From Felis catus (taxonomy: Eukaryota), in NCBI RefSeq assembly GCF_018350175.1, contig NC_058368.1:196294001-196358000 (forward strand): 64,000 nt of DNA, in the 5' to 3' direction. Below are positions 27,415 through 38,814 of this stretch, piece after piece. The notes under the pieces were generated by a model. It was given only the letters and a program-made list of their open reading frames with translations, did not search any database and had not been told where the DNA came from. How positions within the stretch are numbered: the stretch's first letter is position 1; every line of letters starts with the position of its first letter. The position numbers and the translations under genes were made by a program.

Positions 27415-28875
27415 TAGCTTGGTCGGGTCTCCGCAGAGGCCGAGAGACTCCCTCACAAGTTCTCTCCTTCACTGAGTCAACAAGCATTTACTGAACATCT
27501 ACTGTCTGGGCTGGGGAGGGGGCGGTGGAAAGGACAGACAAGGAAGCGGGACATTAAGGGGCAGTGGTGAGTGCTGTGCCTGGGCACACCCTGGGGCTGG
27601 AGGAGTACACAGCAGGGCCACAGGCGAGGTCTGGGAGGACCACGGAAGCATCCCAGGAAGACTTGCTAGGCAAGCGGCATTTAAGCAGACGCCCCAAATG
27701 ACAAGCAGGTATTAGCGGTGTGGAGTCAGTGTGGGCAGATGTTCCAGACGGAGAGAAAAGCTCGTGCAGAAGTCCGGAAGCGTGGTTCCAGAGTGGCTGG
27801 TGAGGGGTTCTAGGGGGTGAGATGGGATGGGGCAGGAGGCCAGGGGCATGAGAGATCCGGCTGCCAAACACAGGAGATGACAAGCCAAGAGACGTGGTCA
27901 GGGGTCACGGCCCAGAGGAAGCCACAGTGGGACCCAGGTGGGCCCGGAGCTGCCAGCCTCTCAAGCAGGTCATGTGTGCCCCCAGGGCTGTGATAGCTAC
28001 TGGCCTAGACCTTGCCAGGGACCCCACGAGCAGGTAGGAAGAATGACTGAGGAATCTCCAGCCCGCTGGAACAGAGAAGCCATCAGAACGCTGAGTGACA
28101 GGTGCTGAGGCCTCAACTCATTCAGAACCTCCTCATCAACTGCTCCCAGGCCTGATGTGGCAGCTCAGGAAGGGGACACGGGCCAAGGGGGTGGTGGGCA
28201 GCATGAGGCCAGGAGAACTAAGTCCCACTGCCCCCCACCCCCCACCCCCCAACCCCCACTGGGAGCTGTCGCAGAGGAAATCTCAAAATGTCAGAACCAT
28301 TTTTCATGTCTTAAAATCATGAACTGTCAGACTCAGAGAGTATCCAGATCAGACTGTCAGAACCAGCAGGGTGGTGCCTTAGCCCCCTCATCGAGACAAA
28401 AGCGTTTCTTTGTTAACCCTCCACGGCTCTGAGCCCAGGAGCCCCGAGTGGACAAACTAATGATGAACTGAGGGCTCCAATGCACCGGGTGGAGAGTAAA
28501 GGGGGCCCGGGAGGACAGGTCTATTGTCCTTGTCCAGGCAGGACATTTCCTTGGCCTTTAGGAGCCCCCACTGACAGGTGTCCCTGAGCCCTTTTAACAG
28601 GCCAGTGGAACCTATTAATATCTGCTGCTAGGGTGGCCCTGTTCCAGGAGCTGTGCCAGCTAAGGCCTAGCTCTCCCCGACTTCCCCAGGGAGGCAGGGA
28701 CGGTCTCTGGGCTGTGGGGTGAAAACAGATGGAGGGGCAGGGCAGAAGGCTTTGGCTTTGTGTCTGAATACAGCACCTGCCTCCCCTCCCCCCGCCCCTC
28801 CCGTTTCTCTGTCTCTCCTCTCCCCCCCTCACCTCTGACCTCCTGTGCCCCATGCCCCCTCCTTCTCTGTTGCAG

Positions 28876-28918
28876 GGAGCCATCCTTACCACAATGCTGG
28901 CTACCAGGAACTTCTCTG
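28876..28918 (+). CDS. CAMK2A: CaMKII alpha exon 12 (CaM-binding, Thr305/Thr306 codons 28888-28893)
   Basis: GAILTTMLATRNFS; tgcAG acceptor, G|GTAGGT donor; 43 nt. Confidence 0.98.
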
Positions 28919-30220
28919 GTAGGTGGTGGGACCTCAGAGCCCCAAATATATCCCGCACAGGTCTGTTGGAAGCACTGCCCTGTTGGATATCTGGGTGGCC
29001 TTGAGCCAGGGGCCTGGGGAGAGTGAGGGCTACAGAGGACCAAAGACTGGGGGCTTAGGTCACTTGCACCCACAAGTGGCAAGAGGTGAAAGGTCAGCAG
29101 GCCAAAGGCCCATCAGGAAAGGCTAATGCCCCAACCTCACAGCGGTGCTGGGTTCTCAGGCTGGGCCCGCCCCAGGGGGAGTCCTCCCAAACACTGGGGT
29201 ACACGTCCAGGCAGGACTGAAGTAGGCCCAGGAAGTAGCAATATTCCTGTTCCCCGCTGTTACTGAGCCCTGTGCTAAGCAGTCCCCATGCTTTCACTCA
29301 GGTGGCCTTTGGTGACAAGGCAGTGGGGGCCATTGCTAGGCAGAGAGAGGCAGAGCCTACTTCTGGTGCAGCTTTGAGCAACCCCGGAGCAAGCCCTTAA
29401 CCACGACGGGTCACCAGGGAGCCGGGGTAATGGTCTTTGGCCTTGGCCGTAGCCGGCTGGTTAAGGCAGGGAGTACCCAACGACCTGTGGCATGTGGCCC
29501 CAAAGAGAAAAGGAAGGGATTGGCATCAGGGCTTAGCAAGAAGCTCCCCTTGGCGCATGGGAGAGAACCCAGGTCAATGCTTGCCAGAGGTTTCTCTCTG
29601 GGGAGCCCGGACAGCTGACGGGGCAGCTGAGCAGATATAGCAAAGCTCACCCGAGGGGCCCTCTGGTTGGGGCTGGGCCAGTCGGAGAGGGCTGCTGTGG
29701 ACACGTGGCCGGCTCCACAGCAAGGGGTCGGCTCTGGGAAGCTATGGCTCTGGCTTCCCAGAGAGTCTATCCGCCCATTGAACCAGCTGGAAGAATGAGA
29801 CCCACGGGTGGGAAAACTCTGGAACTTCACATTTGGGCTTGCCCCACCGCATTTAACTGCCTTCCCACTCTCTCCTCAGACAAGGATCCTGCAGTTCCTT
29901 AAACTGAAAGATGAGCCACCCAGACAGTCAGAGTCTTTTTTTAACGTCTGAAGGGCCCCTAGAAACTCTAGTCCAGATGGTGCCCGTGGGTCAGTTCCCA
30001 TCTCTTGATGGGCTTGTGGGACCAGTGGTGTTTTAAAACAGTGGTGTTTTTGAAAAGAGTTCCCAGCGCTTAAAAATTAGGCGATTTCATAGAAAAACTC
30101 AGATTTCTGTCTTCTCTTGAAGATCAGAACATGTGACCTCATGGGACCCACAGTCCCGCGGTTGTGGGCTGGAGCTGAGAGCGCCCCCTTGAAGCTGGAG
30201 GGGCAACTACTCCCCCTGTT

Positions 30221-30295
30221 CTTCTGTACACCCCAGTCCAGCCCAGGAAGCTCATAGAAGCTTCTGTACACCCCAGTCCAGCCCAGGAAGCTCAT
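30221..30295. repeat. 35-bp perfect direct repeat with 5-bp spacer, at or near the end of a MER102-like fossil (~29970-30320)
   Basis: cttctgtacaccccagtccagcccaggaagctcat x2, spacer agaag. Confidence 0.95.
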
Positions 30296-30619
30296 TCCTC
30301 CCAGCTTTGGGATCCAGAGGCACCCACCCCTGCATTTACTTTCTAAGAGGGAGACTTGCCTGGAAGGGGTCACAGGTAGAGATGTGAGAAGGACTGGGAA
30401 GCTGGGCTAGCATGAACCTGTCATTCTGAGCCTCTGGGGCGTCCATGTCCCATGCCGCCCCTTTTCCCAGGCTCCCCCTTTCCCGGCGTCCGGGAGAAGG
30501 ACTTACAGCGACTACCATTTACCGACCATCTACTGCATCGAGGTCAAGTGCTGTGCTAAGCACTTTATAGTTATCCTGTCTCGCGTAACTTAAGGCATTT
30601 GTTTGAAGTCTGAAGCGGC

Positions 30620-31272
30620 CAGATGCCGGGCTGGGCAGGGCTGGGCATTCCTGCCGATTCCTGGCTGCTGCCCTCTCCAGGGGCTCTGTCCAGGAGGCAG
30701 GGAGGGAGGGAAAGAGGAACAACAAGAGGAGGGGCCTCCCTGAGAACCGCTGCTCTGCTTTTCCCAGCACCAGGGACACAGCCAGCCCAAGCATGGGGCC
30801 CTGGAATTTAGGGGTAGGGAGGCCTCTGTTGGGGTGGGTGCTCTGGCAGGGATGGGCCCCAGAGCGGGGCATCTGCTTCTCATCACCGGCAAAACGACGC
30901 TCGCAGCTGTCCGGAGTGAGTAGGCAGGGCTGACACATGACCTCCGCAGCAGCATGGGGCTAAAATTAGAGTGGGCCAGGGTGGGGAGGGAGCGTCCAGC
31001 CCCGGGCCAGGCAGCCAGGCCTCTGGGTTGGCCACCAGCAGCACGGGTGGTGACTGGGATCCAGAGGGAATCCCTGGGCTGAAACAGCAACCCCACGGGC
31101 CTGGGACACATTGATCACCTCTTACAACCCATGGGGCCAGAGGGTCACACTCAAGATTGCTGAGAACGGGGGAGCCCAGGCCCACCTAGGGGGCCACCGG
31201 CAGTCCAGGCCCCAAGGAGGAAGGAGGAGCAGAAGGAGGAGGTGTCCCCCGGATCACTGAGCCGGCCCGCGG
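30620..31272 (+). promoter_or_regulatory. Putative internal muscle promoter/enhancer for alphaKAP
   Basis: CAGATG 30620-30625, MCAT CATTCCT 30646-30652, CAGCTG 30904-30909, MEF2 CTAAAATTAG 30960-30969, all upstream of ATG 31273. Confidence 0.65.
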
Positions 31273-31389
31273 ATGCTGCTGTTCCTTACCCTGTGGGCCT
31301 TGGTGCCCTGCCTGGTGTTGGTAACCCTCTACTTTTTCTCCTCCGCAGGAGGGAAGAGCGGAGGAAACAAGAAGAATGATGGTGTGAAG
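31273..31389 (+). CDS. CAMK2A: alphaKAP first coding segment (intronic ATG extending exon 13; hydrophobic membrane anchor)
   Basis: MLLFLTLWALVPCLVLVTLYFFSSA reads in frame into GGKSGGNKKNDGVK; resembles the rodent alphaKAP N-terminus as I recall it; spliced to exons 14-19 it gives 603 nt = 200 aa + stop. Confidence 0.9.
31349..31389 (+). CDS. CAMK2A: CaMKII alpha exon 13 (linker)
   Basis: GGKSGGNKKNDGVK; ccgcAG acceptor, AAG|GTAAGC donor; 41 nt. Confidence 0.97.
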
Positions 31390-34300
31390 GTAAGCCCCCG
31401 GGAGCCCGGCAGGGCCAGCGTCAGGCAGCGTTTCCACCAACAGGGCCTGCCTTTCAGGGCTGGGGCGAGACCCAGGCCTTGCTGAAGGTGTTGTGGGCAG
31501 ATGTGGTCACTCGTGCGGCCGGGCTGTCCCCAGGATTGATTGATGGGGGGGGGGGGGGCTGGGGGGAGGGGAAGGGGGAGGGTTGAAAGTAGGTGGGAGA
31601 GGCAGGTGGCCAGGGGAGTTGGGGCGGGCACAAGGAAAGGGGCAGGTCTGAAGATACCTGTGGTTCTCTGGGACGGGAAGACTGGAAAGTGAGAGGGTAC
31701 AAAGAAGAGACAGAGCTCATCATGAGGGGTGACCTCCTCCTCCCCGAGTGTGGGCTGGCTGGAACGGGCCCCTGACCCAATGTGCACCCCAGTCCAACCC
31801 ACGAAGTCTGTGGAGGTTGGATAGCCAATCATCTGACAGAGGCACCCACCCTGTCAAGGCCTGCCGGCTCACGGCCAAGAATCTCCTCCTCCCCATGACC
31901 CAGGCCTGCCCTCTGTCCCCACCCCCGATGCCCTGCCCGAGCTACTTCTGCCCACACCCTGCTGACCCCTCCTTCCCTCCTCTCTCTTCTCCCTCTGCTT
32001 TCTGGGGCCTGGCCCCCCTCCCTCTCCGGCCCCCTCCTCCCCTGCCACTGGCTTGCCTTGTGGGCTCTCCTCTCTTGAGACCCTGCCTTTTTCTGGGCTC
32101 AGAGCCCTGCCTGGCCAGGACCCCAGGGCTGGGCTGTGCCCAGGATGCTGGAAGGTGTGGGATGCTGTCCAAACACAGCCATCCAGGTGGGCTGGTGGCT
32201 TCATGGCTTCATTGTAGTGGCATTTATGGTCTCAGGCCACTGGCTTTCGTTTGGTTTAGGGGTTGCATGGGAGGAGATCTGGGCTGGCTGGCTGAGGCCA
32301 GGATCTGGGCCTCCTCTCTGCCCTTAGTCCTCTGGGGGCTAAGTTTTCCTCATAAGTGCAATGTGCAATGGGTTGTGGGGGGGGGGCATGTGGACTCCAT
32401 CATTTCTAAGATATAAGCTTTAAAAACAGAAAAGTAAAAAAAAAAAAAAGCCAACAAAACCCTATCTCATCATTTTTCCTTCTCATCTTGGGTACGTGAG
32501 GAATACATAATTAGTTGGTTATCAGCCAAAGTCAGTGGTTTTCAAACTGAACTTCTTGGAGCCTGAAGGTTCTGGGGAGGCATCCCTAGCAGCAGGGAGC
32601 GCGGGATAGAAAGGGGGAGGCTGAGCAGAGAAGATTCTCGGCTTCTCACACCCACTTCAGCCAAACAGCTCCATGTAACAGACATCGCAGTGGTTAAGGG
32701 AGCCAGGGAGGGCTTAGCAGCTAGAGACCTCAGCTGGTTATTTCAATCCCTTGAGCCTGTGTTTCCTCATCTGGGCCATGGGAGTAAAAGGGATTCCCAC
32801 CTCCCGGGGCTGTTTGTGAGGATGAAGCAAACCAGCGTATCCCGAGGATTCAGCAGGGGTACTGGCGTGCGATCCTCGCTCATGAGATGCTAGTCAGTAT
32901 TATCTTTTCTGTTTTCTAGATTGGACTTGCAAGTAAGATTTCCCTTGAAAACAAAGTTTGATCAAGGAAGTCTTTGGAAACACAGCTCTAAAGCCAACCC
33001 AATTTATAAAGTTAACACACACCTATCCCAAATCCTAGGATGGAATCCAGAATTGAGTTCTGGCTGCCTGGCTGTTTTGGGTCATGCATGAGTCAAATGC
33101 TCTCCCCACTCCAGTTGGAAAGGGTAATGGGGGGAGGTACAGTATGAGGGTGGCCCAGTTTGGAGCAGCCGGGGTCCTCTTGGCCCTAGTGGGTAGACAC
33201 TGGGGGTGCTGGGGTCCCCGGAAAAAAAAATCACACTCGAAGGACATAGGGCAGAGGTCACAGGTGCAGGTGGGCTGTGGCTGAAGTCAGTGGAGGAGGA
33301 GGGGCGGAGGGAGGGTTGCCCCGTCTGCTTGGCTCTTGGGTGTGGCCCTGGCAAAGGCTGACACAGAGCCGCTGGGTGTGAGGTCAGGTCCTCCCTCATA
33401 GTGGGTCTTGGGATGAAGCTCCCTTCTGGCTTCTCTCCAGCCCAGGCCAGGAGGCAGAGGCTATCTGGGGGCAAGGACATCACGTAGCATGGCGGAACTC
33501 TGGCTAGTCACCGCAAGGCGTGCCAGTAGGCCGAGCTGGAGAAAGAGCCACTCCTTGCAGCAGCAGGACAGACCCTGAGCGGCTTCTCAGGTGGCTTTGG
33601 TGTGGATGAAGAGAAACCCAAAGGCCAGGAATAGCCAGAGTTAACCAGGGGCCTGCCCGGGAGTTGGGGAGCCTAGCCTGCAATGTGTTGCTCTGGGGGG
33701 GTCCAGTCGTGTGTTTCACTATGAGTGATGCTGGACCTCCAGTCAAGGAACCGTTGGTTTGATGGGCCCCACCGTGCCCTCCTTTGGCGATCTGGGTCAT
33801 CAGTCCTGCCATCTGTGCAAGGGGAGAATGGTAGGTGTTTCCTGTGGCCAGTGAGAGGCCCTACACCAGAGTGGGCCCTGGGGGGGGTCACACCATGTGC
33901 TGCTTGGAACAACACACATTCCGCCCAAGTGGGGACGTACATATTCTTCTTACCACTTGGTCCCTAAAGAAACCACCGACTTCATTGGAGGCTTTGCTGA
34001 AGCCCCAGTGATTGCTTCCAACGCCGGACGGGAAAAGGGCTGGTTGGGGAACAGAGATAACACCGTACTGTACTTTATGGGCTTTGCAAGGCTAATTTTG
34101 ACCCTACTTTACGTCTGCCATCTTTGCTAACCCTAGAACCATGCTTTTGCACGTGGTTCTGGGAGATGTGACTCTGCTTTTGGTGAAAGCCCCTGGTCAG
34201 TGCGGGGTTATTATTAGCATCGTCATCGTTTGAGATCCGGGGAAATCGAGCCTTTCTGTTGGCAAGAAGTGATGCCCTCCACCCCCGCCTCCCAGCCACC

Positions 34301-35997
34301 TCTAAGCCTCTGCTTCTATGAGGAGCGGCCGACCGCTCCCACCCCTCAGCCCCACTCACTGCCCCCTGTTGGTGTCCCATCCGTGCCATCGTGATTCCTC
34401 TCCCCCATGTCCCATCCTGTCACTGTATGTCCGAATCTGACGCAGTCTCTGCTCTGTGTTCCCTCCTCGTGTGCCGCCTGGAACCCCGGGCCCTGCGTTC
34501 CTCAGGTTTCTGCTAGAAGAGGGAATGAGGGGCTGGCCGCGGGCTGCTGGCTGTGGGAGTCTACCAAGCTGGGGCAGATGCAGGGACTGTGAGACTTTAC
34601 ACTGGGCAGTGCCCAGTGAGCCACTTCTGCCACATCTTTGGGGGCCCTGGACGGAGAGCACAGGATCTTAGGCTCCTCCTGGCCCCCAGAGGATCCTGGA
34701 TCTTGAAGTCAGAGAGTGCAGACTTAGACCTAAGGATCCTCAGAGAATAGCCAGTGCCTCCGCCGCCCCCCACCGCCCCCACAAAGGCCTACCCTGAGGG
34801 CATCTCAAGTCTGTCCCCTGCTCACAGTACAGCGAGGAGAACAGCTTCCAGGCCTCTTAGACGTAAGCGCGTCCAGGAAGGATGGGCCTTTGCAGCGCCA
34901 TCAGGCTGTGGGGCCTGGAGACCTGGACAGAGGAGAAAGCCTGCATTCAGGGGTTCCAGCCTCCCCTCTGCTACCAGCTGGCTGAGAGACCTCGGGCAGG
35001 TCACTGCCCGTCTCTGGACCCCAGCTTCCCATCTGTCCAATTTTAGCGTCAGTCTTGACCTACAGCCCCTCCTGAATGTGAATCTTTGCACCACCTAGCT
35101 TAGGAGTGAGCGAAGGAGAAGACAATCCGCACGTGTCCTCTCTCTTTCTCTCCTTCCCATGGTTCCCCAGCCAATAATAGGAATGAAGCTATAAATCCCC
35201 CCAAAACTGGAGTAGGAGGGAGGGCAGGGCCTAAAGACTCAAATTCTGGGCTCAGCCATGCGTCTGGCTGGGCCTCAGTTTCTCTGTCACCGTTAAGGAG
35301 CTGAACAGGCCAGTTGCTGGGAAGCAGGATTTCAAAGGCTACTTAAAGGACTGGTTTCCACACCGGGGCCTGCTTTGAAGTCACCTGGTGATACTGTTTA
35401 AAACGGAGATGCCCAGGCCCCGCCCCACACCTAGTTATCAAACTCCTTGAGGGGGCCTGGTGATGTTTTTTCTCGACAGGTTTCCCAAGTGACTATGACA
35501 CTCAACCCACCCGGGAGTGGGGTTCTTTCAGTAGAGACACACATGGGAATCTAGGAGGAGACACGGGGCCTCATCTCCAGACCTGAGCGCCCTCTCGTCC
35601 GGCAAGAGCTTTGGCTTCCGGAGGCCTTAGGCAACTGGCATCCAAGCCCTAGGATTGGTTTCCCCCGTCAGAGCTTGGTGTAGGGGGAGCCCTGGTCCAG
35701 GCGAGGCCCGGCCTGGAGCTTGCCGGTCGGATGGCGAGCCCCAGGCAGTTGTGCACGAGGCCCCGAGAGCTTCAGGCTGAGAGAGGATTGGCCATACTAG
35801 GGCAGCTCTTGCTGGTGGCCCTGACTTCGTGCCCCAATGCCACGCTGGCGAGGGACCACAGAGGGTGACCCCGAGGCCCATCATCCTTCCAAACCTCCCC
35901 TGTCTTTTGTTTCTCTGCTCCCTGCCGTTTCTTCTGCTTCCCTGCCGTTTTCACGCTGTGTCTTTTCCTGTCCCATCTCTTCTCCTTGTTTTTCCAG

Positions 35998-36030
35998 AAA
36001 AGAAAGTCCAGTTCCAGCGTTCAGTTAATG
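35998..36030 (+). CDS. CAMK2A: Alternative 33-nt cassette exon 14 (alphaB NLS insert)
   Basis: KRKSSSSVQLM, forming KKRK with the preceding K; phase 0-0; ttccAG acceptor, ATG|GTGAGT donor. Confidence 0.96.
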
Positions 36031-37013
36031 GTGAGTGTCTGCCGTCTCCCAAACGCCGGTAAATGCTGGGCCTCAAACCCTCGCTCCCGCCTCCCTCCTG
36101 CAGGGCTGCACTGGGAACCCGGGGCGGGGAGAGGGTGCTCAGGGCGTGCTTGGTACGTGTGTGCCTCGTGCGACAACATGTGTGTTGTGTGTGCGTGTCA
36201 TTGGCGTGTTTCTGTTGACACCTCCAACTCCATGGCCCAGACCAGCAGCCTGGCGGCAGACCTGAGAGCCCCCTCAGGTATGAAGGTTGATTTGAACCCC
36301 ATCCCACGTCCAGCCCTTGGCTTCTCGCTTCTCCCCGCCCTCCGCTCTGGAACTCGTCTCAGGGCTTGGTTTGTGCCAGTTGCGGCGAGGGGGGGCTCGG
36401 TTTGGCCAAAGGAGTGGGCGCCAGAGAGGCCCTTCTTGAGCTTTTCAATGCTACCCAGGGCCTGCCGGTGGCAGAGGAGCCACCAGCCCCTGCCTCTGTC
36501 GAGGGGATCCAGTGGTGGCATGGTGGCCCACATCCCTCTTTTTCTGACTCCATCGCTGTCTCCCTCAGTTGTGTGGTTTTTCTCCCCCCGGAGGCCCAGC
36601 CTCTCTCACACTGGGCCTCCCCGCCTCTCTCTCTTCCTCTCCTGCCAGTGCGTGTATTCCTTCCCCGTTCTGTGGCCACCATATGCCTTTTCTGCTCTTC
36701 CACACCCCCTCTTGGCTCCCTCAAGCTGACAGGGCCAGGGAGCCCTCCCAACCCTTCCAGAAAGGCCAGGGTTCTCCTTGCAACCATCCCTTCATCCACG
36801 CCCCCTGCCACCAGCCACCCGCTCAGCTGGGCCCTCCCCCTCCTTAGGCCTGGAGGTCTGGCAGGGTTTTCAGCGCAGCATCTGGATGGCAGAGCCGGCG
36901 AGGCTTACGGAAACCGGGCCACAGCATCAGGCAGCCGGGGCGGCCCCGAAACTGGCCGTGCGTCTTCCCGCTTGCCAGGCAGGCCTCACCGTGTCCCGTG
37001 TTCTCTTTGGCAG

Positions 37014-37062
37014 GAATCTTCAGAGAGTACCAATACCACCATTGAGGATGAAGACACCAAAG
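37014..37062 (+). CDS. CAMK2A: CaMKII alpha exon 15 (linker)
   Basis: ESSESTNTTIEDEDTK; AAG|GTAGGG donor; 49 nt. Confidence 0.98.
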
Positions 37063-37384
37063 GTAGGGGGGGCCTTGCCTCCAGTGTCTGGGCGCCCTGG
37101 GCCTCCCAGCAGGCCCCCTTTACTGACAGCCCGGGCTTGGAAGGGCCCCAGTACCTCCACAGAGAACGTGGCTGTGGCCGCTCATAGACCAGGCACGCTG
37201 CGGGGCACTGTTTCCCCATATGAGGTGCTTGGTCCACTGGTGGCGTGCAGATAGGCTTTTCCTGTTGTAGGGAGTCACGTATGTAGTTTGGTACGTTTTA
37301 GGGAAAGGATTAACATAGCCAAGTCATAGATGTATCACAGTGGTAGACGTTTTCTTTTGAATTTTTAAAAAATGAGTTGATTTG

Positions 37385-37583
37385 GGGGCGCCTGGGTGGC
37401 TCAGTTGGTTGAGCGTCTGACTCTTGATTTTGGTTCAGATCACAATCCCAGGGTCATGGGATGGGGCCCCATGTCGGGCTCCATGTTGAGCATGGCGCTT
37501 GCTTAAGATTCTCTTTCTCTCTCTGTGTCTGCCTCTCTTCCCTGATCTCTCTCTCTGTCTCAAAAAAAAAAAAAAAAAAAAAA
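37385..37583 (+). mobile_element. CanSINE
   Basis: ggggcgcctgggtggctcagttgg head, (CT)n, A22 tail; TSD gttgattt. Confidence 0.93.
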
Positions 37584-37593
37584 GTTGATTTTA

Positions 37594-37842
37594 GGAGCAC
37601 CTGGCCAGCTCAGTCAGGGGAGCATATGACTCTTGACTCTTGAACTTGGAGTCCTGAGCACATAAAATAACTCTTAAAACGTCACTCTTAAGTGCTACTG
37701 AAAGGAGCGGAAAATTGATATTCACTGTGCAAAATCTGGAAGAAATAAAGTCTATGTTGCTCATAAAGAGAAAAAAGAACTAGGAGTCCTGAGTTCAAGC
37801 CCCACATTGGGCATAAAGCTTACTTTAAATAATCAATAAAAA
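37594..37842 (+). mobile_element. Short tRNA-like CanSINE split by an insertion
   Basis: Head 37594-37658 resumes at 37777 (ggagtcctgagttcaagccccacattgggc...). Confidence 0.8.
37659..37776 (+). pseudogene. Putative 5'-truncated retrocopy of an unidentified mRNA 3' end
   Basis: 118-nt AT-rich insert with AATAAA 37744-37749, A-rich tail 37765-37776, 17-bp TSD gaact(t/a)ggagtcctgag. Confidence 0.7.
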
Positions 37843-38814
37843 GTGAGTTGATCTTAAAAACACGAAGCGATGATAGGAAAGGAAGGGGAAGCAACAATTC
37901 AGAAAGTTCAGTTGACAGGCGTATGAGAAAGACGTACTGTAGCCAGGGGCTAACAGTCCCCAAAAGCCTTCAGATGGATGAGGGGGAGGAACCTAGATAA
38001 CTGAGACTGGCTAGTAAGGGAGAAAATAGCAAGGACAGTAACAGGAACAGTGGCTGCCTTTTGTGGGGCACTTGCTAGACCTGTTCCACGCACCTGACAT
38101 TTACCTGCGCTTCACAACACCCCTGTGAGGCAGGTGCTGTGATTGAGCCCATTCTATGGATTGGGAAACAGAGGTCGAGTAAACTGGCCCAAGGTCCTCT
38201 AGCTCATAAGGGTAGGATTAGGATTTGAACCTGGGCAACGTGGCTCCGGATGCTGCCTCGTAACCATGGCTCAAAGGTGTGGCATGCATGCTTGGAGTGG
38301 GAGCAGAAAGGACAAGTGTCGACTTCTGCTCGGGGGACCCCAAATCCCCGGATGAGTTCGTGATGTCCCGCTGTGCTGCTTGCGCCCGGCCGCCCCGCGG
38401 GACAGGAAGACCAGCCACGGTGGGTGGGGGTTCTCACAGCTCATGGTGGAGACACCTGGGGGTGTCTGTAATTTAGAAAAACACGGTTGGCTTGGAGAGA
38501 TTGCAGCTATACCCGTGTCTACGTTTCTCAGTGTAAACATTTGCCTCTAAAAGAATACAATGAAAGGGAAAGAGCGGTTTACTATGTAACAGATTTTTTG
38601 GTACCGTTGCATTTCCGCCTCTAAGGTCAGTGTGACCCACAGAGCACCATGGCTACCTTCCCTCTCTGCCAGGATGCCTTGGGAGACCAGCCCCACCCTG
38701 TGTGTGTCCCTGGGTGGTCATTCCCAGCTGGGCATGGGGGCACTCTATCACCACAGCCTGGGACTAGAGCCAACCAGTCTTCCGTGATGACACCCTTTAA
38801 AAATAGATTACCTC

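Noticed and set aside
30221..30295. Direct repeat of CRISPR-like length
   Set aside because: Two copies, 5-nt spacer, mammalian intron, no cas genes
30900..30925. REST/NRSE half-site (GGACAGC on - strand) and a donor-like GTGAGT
   Set aside because: The TCAGCACC half is absent, and I could not define an exon for the donor
36366..37187. 273-aa ORF in frame with exon 15, and 247-aa ORF 35986-36729 from exon 14
   Set aside because: The first begins at TTG and has no ATG; intron 14 is 983 nt (not a multiple of 3), so retention stops at 36727-36729. Only the short motif similarities are kept as a finding
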